From contig JAQBQV010000002.1 in assembly GCA_028286825.1 (NCBI GenBank), forward strand, positions 2,157 through 66,156: 64,000 bases of DNA, given 5' to 3'. Positions within the stretch are counted from its first letter, which is position 1. Each line of letters starts with the position of its first letter. The notes beneath the pieces were generated by a model. It saw only the letters and a list, made by a program, of their open reading frames with translations. It was not told the origin of the DNA and did not search any database. Shown piece after piece: positions 1-5,724 of this stretch. The DNA is from Parcubacteria group bacterium (GTDB taxonomy: Bacteria; Patescibacteriota; Minisyncoccia; Phycocordibacterales; Phycocordibacteraceae). Made by a program: the position numbers and the translations under genes.

Positions 1-1
1 T

Positions 2-400
2 AAGCCAAGACTTGATCGAGCAAGGGAAATATACAACCAAGTAAAAGAAGAAGGTTTGGTACTTGATGGTGAAGATCTGTGGCGTTTAGGTATGCTCTAT
101 CAGCACAGTGCGGAGCCTGAGGATTATCTCACTGCTATGGAAATAGCGAACATGTCATCGGCTGCAGGAAGCGAGGCTGGAGCATGGCTAACTGCAGCGG
201 CCGAAGACCGGTATCTTCTCTCGGTTGGTAAAGATCAAAAGTGGGGGACTCAGTTTGCAAAAAATGATGAGGGACAGTGGTATCAGCAACCAATGTCGAG
301 TGATGAGGAGTCAGGTATTACTGACGACATGCGGGCGACAAAAGGCATTTCACCCCGAGCCGTACAGATGGAAGAATTCCTTAAGAGGGATGATGTATAG
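2..400 (+). CDS. hypothetical protein (5' end outside window)
   Basis: The frame is open from nt 2 to TAG 398-400. Track ORF 56..400 is the same frame from an internal TTG. I recognise no motif. Confidence 0.5.
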   Translation, partial: KPRLDRAREIYNQVKEEGLVLDGEDLWRLGMLYQHSAEPEDYLTAMEIANMSSAAGSEAGAWLTAAAEDRYLLSVGKDQKWGTQFAKNDEGQWYQQPMSSDEESGITDDMRATKGISPRAVQMEEFLKRDDV

Positions 401-487
401 GTTCCCACGTCGTCCCAGTGACCAATTTCACTTAGAACTGCAAGGAGTTAGTGAAATGGAAATACTCTTGTGGTGGCGGCCAGCTCG
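400..487 (+). repeat. intergenic motif, long form (left half + 55-nt hairpin insert + right half)
   Basis: Sequence is GGTTCCCACGTCGTCCCAG / tgaccaatttcact...cttgtggtg / GCGGCCAGCTCG. Positions 409-469 match 49573-49633 at 59 of 61 nt. Confidence 0.85.
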
Positions 488-496
488 TTAGATTCC

Positions 497-505
497 TGAT
501 ATACT
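497..505 (+). promoter_or_regulatory. extended -10 promoter element, leaderless-type
   Basis: TGaTATACT, with ATG 514 lying 8 nt downstream and no SD. Confidence 0.5.
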
Positions 506-513
506 CAAGCGCG

Positions 514-1161
514 ATGACAATTAAAGACGTCTACAAAAAATTCAACATTCCGCCAAACCTCGAGACGCATATGCTCACGGTCGCGCAGGTGGTGTGCGGC
601 ATCAAAGACCACTGGAAGGGAAGTTCCATTAATTGGAATTTTATTATTGGCGCCGCACTTCTTCATGACGTGGGTAATATAGTTAAGTTTAATTTTGATG
701 CGCACCCAGAGTTCTTAGGTAAAGAGGAGGTCAATATCGAGTACTGGAGAAAAGTAAAACAGGAGGTAATTACGAAATACGGATCGGATGACCATATGGC
801 TAGTGGAAATATGTTAAAAGAAATCAATGTTTCTGCTGAGCTGCACAATTTAATTCAAAACAAATCTTTTTCAAATGCAGTTGAGGTAGCAGAAGGGAAT
901 GACTGGTACTCAAAAATACTCCTTTATGCAGATATGCGTGTGATGCCTCATGGTATAGCAACGCTCGAAGAGCGGCTTTCGGACGTGCGGAATCGTATGC
1001 CGCAATACACATCGCGACCCGACTTTGAATCTTTACTCGATGCCGCTCGAGGTATTGAAGGAGAAATAGCCGGAAATTTGGATGCTCTTATTACCTCAAT
1101 CGAGTGGGGCAAGGTTAGTGATATGGACACAGAGCTGCTGAATCGGACGTTGTCACATTAG
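514..1161 (+). CDS. HD-domain metal-dependent phosphohydrolase
   Basis: Contains the LLHDVGN His-Asp motif. ATG 514 lies 8 nt after TATACT 500-505. The track start at 451 would read through the repeat element. Confidence 0.75.
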   Translation: MTIKDVYKKFNIPPNLETHMLTVAQVVCGIKDHWKGSSINWNFIIGAALLHDVGNIVKFNFDAHPEFLGKEEVNIEYWRKVKQEVITKYGSDDHMASGNMLKEINVSAELHNLIQNKSFSNAVEVAEGNDWYSKILLYADMRVMPHGIATLEERLSDVRNRMPQYTSRPDFESLLDAARGIEGEIAGNLDALITSIEWGKVSDMDTELLNRTLSH

Positions 1162-1168
1162 TGAAAAA

Positions 1169-1199
1169 GGTTCCGACGTCGTACCAAGCGGCGAGCTCG
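1169..1199 (+). repeat. intergenic motif, short form
   Basis: Sequence is GGTTCCGACGTCGTACCAAGCGGCGAGCTCG, about 27/31 identical to the consensus. Confidence 0.8.
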
Positions 1200-1242
1200 T
1201 GAATTAAGGGAAGTTTGATATGCTGAAAGGAACAATATCAAC

Positions 1243-1986
1243 ATGGAAGACATGGTTCAATACAAAGGAGATTTGGCCGATAAATATAGTTCACAAGATC
1301 GATTGGCCCATCCACAGAATATGGTTCCGTATTCAACTTGGCTAGAAGAGCTAGGAGATATTCAGAGTCTTGAAATTCTCGATCTGGCCTGTGGAAGCGG
1401 ATACGGCTCAAGAATGTTGGCTGAAAGAGGCGCTCGTGTCACTGGCGTTGATATTGCTCCAGAAATGATAGCGAAAGCTCAAGAGATTGAAGCGCTGGAC
1501 GCACTCGGTATTACATACATCGTTTCCGACGCAAAGAAGTTGGATCTACATAAGACATTCGACATTGTTGCTCCGTCGTTTTTATTTAATTACGCGAAAG
1601 ATAAACAAGAATTAATTGAATTGATCGCGACAGCCGCAATACATTTGAATACAGGAGGAAGAATGGTTGCCTTGAACGCACCACCGAATCCAATCATCCT
1701 TCGTTTACCCAATGCAAATTCATCCACGGAATGGCTGGGTGAACCAAACAAAGAAGGATCGCTCGTGAGGATGCATTTCTATGACCTTAAAGGAGATTGG
1801 CTCTGCGATATCGATTTTAACTACTGGTCAAAAGAGACATATGAGGAATGTTTTAATTTGGCAGGCTTCACAAATATCGAGTGGGTTCCTATGCGGATGA
1901 CTGAAGAGGGGAAGCGGTTATTGCCTAACTGGCAAGACATAGAGAAAAATATTTGCAGTATCGTCGTCAAAGGAATCAAAGCATAG
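1243..1986 (+). CDS. class I SAM-dependent methyltransferase
   Basis: ILDLACGSGYGS ... VTGVDIAPEMI matches the SAM-binding motif I and post-I acidic loop. Confidence 0.85.
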   Translation: MEDMVQYKGDLADKYSSQDRLAHPQNMVPYSTWLEELGDIQSLEILDLACGSGYGSRMLAERGARVTGVDIAPEMIAKAQEIEALDALGITYIVSDAKKLDLHKTFDIVAPSFLFNYAKDKQELIELIATAAIHLNTGGRMVALNAPPNPIILRLPNANSSTEWLGEPNKEGSLVRMHFYDLKGDWLCDIDFNYWSKETYEECFNLAGFTNIEWVPMRMTEEGKRLLPNWQDIEKNICSIVVKGIKA

Positions 1987-2042
1987 ATTCAATAGCGGGC
2001 TCAACAAGCCTAAGCTGCTGTCTCACGATCTCTTCTCAAAAA

Positions 2043-2072
2043 AATCCCATGTCGTACCAGACGGCCAGCTCA
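2043..2072 (+). repeat. intergenic motif, short form
   Basis: Sequence is AATCCCATGTCGTACCAGACGGCCAGCTCA. Confidence 0.8.
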
Positions 2073-2078
2073 TAGGGG

Positions 2079-2084
2079 TATAAT
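2079..2084 (+). promoter_or_regulatory. -10 box, leaderless-type
   Basis: TATAAT, with ATG 2091 lying 6 nt downstream and no SD. Confidence 0.5.
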
Positions 2085-2090
2085 AATGAC

Positions 2091-2423
2091 ATGTTTATCA
2101 AGGCTAGGAAAATACTCATAAATGCATTTCCAGTAGCATTAATGATTATTTTAATCCCAATCGTTTTAAATGATTTTCTTCTTGCGGCACTGTATCTTGT
2201 GATCGCGATCATCTCTTTAATGACGCGGCACGAGAAAAACGATTATCTCGCATATGTATTCGGTCTGGTTGTGATCACCATCTCTGAATATTTTTTTATC
2301 CAGACGGGAGTGGAAACATTTATGCGAAATAGTCTTTTTGGAATAATGCCAGTTTGGCTGCCCCTTTTATGGGCATATGCCTTTGTTGCCATAATGAGAT
2401 CGCTCAGAGTTTTAGATCAATAA
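2091..2423 (+). CDS. small integral membrane protein
   Basis: 110 aa with three hydrophobic segments. TATAAT 2079-2084 lies 6 nt upstream of the ATG. Confidence 0.6.
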   Translation: MFIKARKILINAFPVALMIILIPIVLNDFLLAALYLVIAIISLMTRHEKNDYLAYVFGLVVITISEYFFIQTGVETFMRNSLFGIMPVWLPLLWAYAFVAIMRSLRVLDQ

Positions 2424-2424
2424 A

Positions 2425-2452
2425 GGTTCCCACGTCGTACCAGACGGCCAGC
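2425..2452 (+). repeat. intergenic motif, short form
   Basis: GGTTCCCACGTCGTACCAGACGGCCAGC, an exact consensus match, 1 nt after the stop of 2091..2423. Confidence 0.9.
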
Positions 2453-2474
2453 AAAATAAGTAATGATTAGCTAC

Positions 2475-2588
2475 TTAAGCGGTTGGCCGAAACCAATCCG
2501 TGAACCAAGAGACGTATACAAGAATGCCGAGGAAGAAAATAACAATAGCTGATGCAATGAGGGCAATCCATTTAAATAGCTGTTTCAT
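2475..2588 (-). CDS. 37-aa single-pass membrane peptide (candidate)
   Basis: Below the track cutoff. Translation is MKQLFKWIALIASAIVIFFLGILVYVSWFTDWFRPTA. GGAGGT lies 16 nt upstream. It sits alone between two motif copies. Weakly supported. Confidence 0.35.
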   Translation of the reverse strand: MKQLFKWIALIASAIVIFFLGILVYVSWFTDWFRPTA

Positions 2589-2618
2589 TCAGGGATTATC
2601 GCATACCTCCGACACAGT

Positions 2619-2649
2619 GGTTCCCACGTCGTACCAGACGTCGAGCTCG
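2619..2649 (+). repeat. intergenic motif, short form
   Basis: Sequence is GGTTCCCACGTCGTACCAGACGTCGAGCTCG, 29/31 identical to the consensus. Confidence 0.9.
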
Positions 2650-2673
2650 AGATAACAATGGTAATTCCTTGTT

Positions 2674-3273
2674 ATGAACAGTCAGAATAAGATAGGACCG
2701 CAGGATTGGTATCATGGGCGAATGAAACAACCTATCAGGCGTAAAGGGTTCACACTCATTGAGTTGCTTGTTGTTATTGCGATTATTGGAATTCTATCAG
2801 CAGTAGTCGTTGCAGCAACTTCGTCATCTCGCATAAAAAGTCGAGATGCGGCACGCGTCTCATCAATTCGACAAATACAATATGCGCTTGCTCTGTACCA
2901 TAGTACAAACGGAGCCTATCCTCCCTGTCTTTACGTCAGTGCCTGCGGAGCTTCTTCACTTGAGTCCGCATCTCCCTCGGTCATGAAATCTGTTCCAAAA
3001 GATCCCTTGAGTGGCCTGAACTATTCCTATGCTGCAGTTGGGTCAGGATCATCTTGTACCTCATATCATCTCGGTGCATCTCTTGAAGATAAGACAAATC
3101 GAGCAATGCAGGCAGGGGCCGACGCACCAGCTAGTAGTGTTTGTACAGGTAGTGCTGTGGATTTCTCAGGTCTTTCCTATGCAGCTGCGGGGCAGTTATG
3201 TAATCTTATTGCTGGAACGCCACAACCCACAGCAGCTATAAATGGGGAGACATGCTACGACGTTAAGCCCTAG
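2674..3273 (+). CDS. type IV pilin / pseudopilin-like protein (prepilin N-terminal cleavage/methylation domain)
   Basis: KG|FTLIELLVVIAIIGIL is the class III signal peptide motif. An alternative start at 2722 (MKQPIRRKG) is possible. Confidence 0.85.
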   Translation: MNSQNKIGPQDWYHGRMKQPIRRKGFTLIELLVVIAIIGILSAVVVAATSSSRIKSRDAARVSSIRQIQYALALYHSTNGAYPPCLYVSACGASSLESASPSVMKSVPKDPLSGLNYSYAAVGSGSSCTSYHLGASLEDKTNRAMQAGADAPASSVCTGSAVDFSGLSYAAAGQLCNLIAGTPQPTAAINGETCYDVKP

Positions 3274-3300
3274 ATTGCTTATTGTTACGGCTGTAAAAAA

Positions 3301-3330
3301 GTTCCCACGTCGTACCAGACGGCCAGCTCG
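3301..3330 (+). repeat. intergenic motif, short form
   Basis: GTTCCCACGTCGTACCAGACGGCCAGCTCG, an exact consensus match. Confidence 0.9.
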
Positions 3331-3335
3331 TACTA

Positions 3336-3341
3336 TATACT
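3336..3341 (+). promoter_or_regulatory. -10 box, leaderless-type
   Basis: TATACT, with ATG 3348 lying 6 nt downstream. Confidence 0.5.
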
Positions 3342-3347
3342 TAGCTC

Positions 3348-4277
3348 ATGTCTGGAAGTTCTCGACAGGAGATACGCGTTGGAGTGCTTATGTATACCTA
3401 TGATCGCGTTGATGATGCGCGAGTCAACATGGAAATAATTCGAAATGTCTGGTCGAAAGTTCCCTTGCTCAAAGATGTAGTCGTTGTACACGCGTATAAC
3501 GGTAACCAAGATTGGTGGCCAGAGGCGTATTTAGAAAATACTCTTTGTCGCACAGACAACCCAGGACATTTTAGCGGTGCAGAGCTTCTCCTCAATACAG
3601 GCATTCAAGTTTTCAAGGAAAAATATCCAGACATCACGCATGTTGTTGTTCTCGCTTCTGATACGTGGTGTGTTAAGCCTGAATATATACAAAATGTCAT
3701 TCAAGAGATGGTATCTAAAGAACTCTATCTTGCAACAAACGCGTGGGGTAGTAAGAAAGATACAAATATGTTCAAAATTGGTATGGCGCTCGATTTATTT
3801 ATTCTAGACATGGATTTTGTAAAGAAGTCTGAATTTTTTCCTTTAAACTACAAGAGCTTTGGTGACAAATACGGAGAACTTCTTATGTATCGAGGCACTT
3901 TCGCGTTTCTTGAGCGTGTGTTTGCCCTTAGGTTTAAGCAGGCACTCATGAGAATTGCTCCTATTCCAAGTGAAAATCTTATTGAGAAGGTTGCCTTAGC
4001 TCACCTCTATCATATGCGTGAACGTGAACCAGTACATTATGAGCAAAAAGCTTTTTTCAAAAAACCTATAGGGAAGAGGCACATGTATTGGCCAAAAATT
4101 GGGTTATTGACCCATCATGATCCGGTCGAGAAACGGCGCGCACTGAAGGAATATCGTCTCTCGCTAGGCGAGCACGGAAGACGTTTCCTTGAGGCAAGGG
4201 ATTTCAAGTATTTTAATCAAGGGAAAAATAAAACCACTTTTGTGAAAGGAGCCAAAACTATCGACTACAACGACTAA
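3348..4277 (+). CDS. hypothetical protein
   Basis: 309-aa ORF. TATACT 3336-3341 lies 6 nt upstream of the ATG. No motif I can name with confidence. Confidence 0.6.
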   Translation: MSGSSRQEIRVGVLMYTYDRVDDARVNMEIIRNVWSKVPLLKDVVVVHAYNGNQDWWPEAYLENTLCRTDNPGHFSGAELLLNTGIQVFKEKYPDITHVVVLASDTWCVKPEYIQNVIQEMVSKELYLATNAWGSKKDTNMFKIGMALDLFILDMDFVKKSEFFPLNYKSFGDKYGELLMYRGTFAFLERVFALRFKQALMRIAPIPSENLIEKVALAHLYHMREREPVHYEQKAFFKKPIGKRHMYWPKIGLLTHHDPVEKRRALKEYRLSLGEHGRRFLEARDFKYFNQGKNKTTFVKGAKTIDYND

Positions 4278-4282
4278 ATAAA

Positions 4283-4313
4283 GCTTCCCACGTCGTACCA
4301 GACGGCCAGCCCG
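4283..4313 (+). repeat. intergenic motif, short form
   Basis: Sequence is GCTTCCCACGTCGTACCAGACGGCCAGCCCG. Confidence 0.9.
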
Positions 4314-4334
4314 TGATACGATTTATATAACGTC

Positions 4335-4565
4335 ATGCCAAAGAAGAGACAGACATCAAAGACCTACAAGCATTACCACAAAGATGGGAGTTTGTGGGCA
4401 GAAGGGAAACTGGTAGAAGGGCAAATGGAAGGCTTTTGGAAGTGGTTTCGAAAAGATGGCACCAAAATGCGTTCAGGCTATTTCAAATCAGGAAAGCAGA
4501 GCGGCAAATGGACGACCTATGACAAAACAGGCGGAGTCGTTAAAGTTACAGACTTTGGTAAATAA
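4335..4565 (+). CDS. MORN-repeat (YwqK-like) protein
   Basis: Contains repeated G-x-W-x-x-[FY]-x-x-x-G-x units (EGFWKWFRKDGTKMRSGYFKSGKQSGKWTTYDKTG). Confidence 0.75.
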   Translation: MPKKRQTSKTYKHYHKDGSLWAEGKLVEGQMEGFWKWFRKDGTKMRSGYFKSGKQSGKWTTYDKTGGVVKVTDFGK

Positions 4566-4620
4566 GTTCTAATTTTGTACTGCAACTATTCCAGCATGGA
4601 AGCTGTTATATACTGCACAC

Positions 4621-4875
4621 ATGTTTAGCTCAAGGCAGACGGCGCTCTTAATCTTGGCTATCACTGCTGTCGTGTGTTCCCGGGTAATGTTTTCGCTCTT
4701 CAATGATCCTGAGGGTCCCAATCTACTGGTGGTCATGGGGATGGCAGCAATCCTCTATTTCCTATCTTTGGCGGCATATATATACAATCCCTTAGAAACC
4801 GGCCTCAAGAATCTTGTACTAACTATTTTCATCCAGGTACTACTAGCTACCGGTCTTTATTTCTGGTTGAGTTAA
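4621..4875 (+). CDS. small integral membrane protein
   Basis: 84 aa with three hydrophobic segments. TATACT 4609-4614 lies 6 nt upstream of the ATG. Confidence 0.6.
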   Translation: MFSSRQTALLILAITAVVCSRVMFSLFNDPEGPNLLVVMGMAAILYFLSLAAYIYNPLETGLKNLVLTIFIQVLLATGLYFWLS

Positions 4876-4876
4876 A

Positions 4877-4906
4877 GTTTCAACTTCGTACCACAATGCC
4901 AGCTCC
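4877..4906 (+). repeat. intergenic motif, degenerate short form
   Basis: Sequence is GTTTCAACTTCGTACCACAATGCCAGCTCC, 1 nt after the stop of 4621..4875. Confidence 0.6.
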
Positions 4907-5023
4907 TTAAGCCAAGGTAAGCATTTACTCATAATTTCCAGCTGTCAAGAAAGTGCCAGGTCTAAGATAACTGCTTATCCCCCTATTTACGATTGTATGA
5001 TCTGGGTCGCGTATACTAACCCC

Positions 5024-5533
5024 ATGAACACAACCAATAAGAGGATAATAATCGCAGTTATCGTAATACTACTCGTAGCTGGTGGTCTATGGTTTATGAC
5101 GACTCGGTCTTCAAACACGAGCGACACCCTTGGCACCCCAGATAATTCAGGGCAGGCAGATCAGGTAACAAAGAACGGTCAAAGCGTTACGACGAAAACA
5201 ACCACCACGACCGCTACCTCGTCGCCTGCGGATGTAACCGGGCAAATCGAAATCGGCATGAATCAAACAGGAGGAGCGTTCGGGGTAACCATCACTCCGG
5301 ATCAGGTGGTAGAAGATAGCCGCTGTCCGACGGACGTGAAGTGTATCCAGGCCGGCACGGTTCGAGTACATGTACTCTTCAATGGAGTAACGAGCCAGAC
5401 TATCGCCATCGGCGATCGAATAACGCTTGGAGGAGAGGCAGTCACTCTTCTACAGGTAAAGCCAGCTAAAGTCTCAACGGTCACCCTTAAAAATTCTGAT
5501 TATCGCTTCGTCTTCAAGATTGAGCAGCCCTAA
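5024..5533 (+). CDS. membrane-anchored/secreted hypothetical protein
   Basis: Has an N-terminal TM segment and a Thr-rich linker. TATACT 5012-5017 lies 6 nt upstream of ATG 5024, so the track start 4997 is less likely. Confidence 0.6.
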   Translation: MNTTNKRIIIAVIVILLVAGGLWFMTTRSSNTSDTLGTPDNSGQADQVTKNGQSVTTKTTTTTATSSPADVTGQIEIGMNQTGGAFGVTITPDQVVEDSRCPTDVKCIQAGTVRVHVLFNGVTSQTIAIGDRITLGGEAVTLLQVKPAKVSTVTLKNSDYRFVFKIEQP

Positions 5534-5550
5534 TCACTTTTGCTGTTGTG

Positions 5551-5650
5551 ATTACTCACGTCGTACCGTCGATTTAGAAGACAAGAGGCAGGGTCATTGT
5601 GTTTTCTAAAGTACTCCTATGACATGACTTTGAGGTAGTGGCGGCCAGCC
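5551..5650 (+). repeat. intergenic motif, split form with unrelated insert
   Basis: The left half is ATTACTCACGTCGTACCGTCGA (5551-5572) and the right half is GTAGTGGCGGCCAGCC (5635-5650). The 62-nt insert can form a TTTAGAAgACAA / TTGTgtTTTCTAAA hairpin. Confidence 0.55.
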
Positions 5651-5724
5651 AAGTGCGTAACTGAGGTGATGGCCGGCTACAGACAAGAAACAAAAGCTGA
5701 GGTGATACAATCTAGATACGTAGT

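Noticed and set aside
456-491. Mini-ORF MEILLWWRPAR as a Trp-attenuation leader peptide (tandem TGG, reminiscent of trpL)
   Set aside because: The tandem Trp codons are not conserved in the other two copies (MEILFVMTGSKFDII, MAILLCRS). The downstream gene is an HD hydrolase, not a trp gene. The WW arises from the right half of the repeat motif.
2425-2442. GGTTCCCACGTCGTACCA as a tRNA 3' end (T-arm + acceptor + CCA), i.e. an integrase att remnant
   Set aside because: The would-be T-loop lacks the TTCRA pattern. There is no complementary 5' acceptor or other cloverleaf arms upstream in any copy.
400-5650. The ~30-nt repeats as a CRISPR array
   Set aside because: The sequences between copies are 0.17-1 kb, variable in length, and contain complete genes with their own starts. 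There is no regular repeat-spacer periodicity and no cas genes in the window.
400-5650. The motif as a classical integron attC site
   Set aside because: I find no inverse core/core pair (RYYYAAC ... GTTRRRY) and no extended imperfect dyad symmetry in the short form, and no intI gene in the window. Only the architecture (ORF followed by a conserved site) is reminiscent, so this is kept as an analogy rather than an identification.
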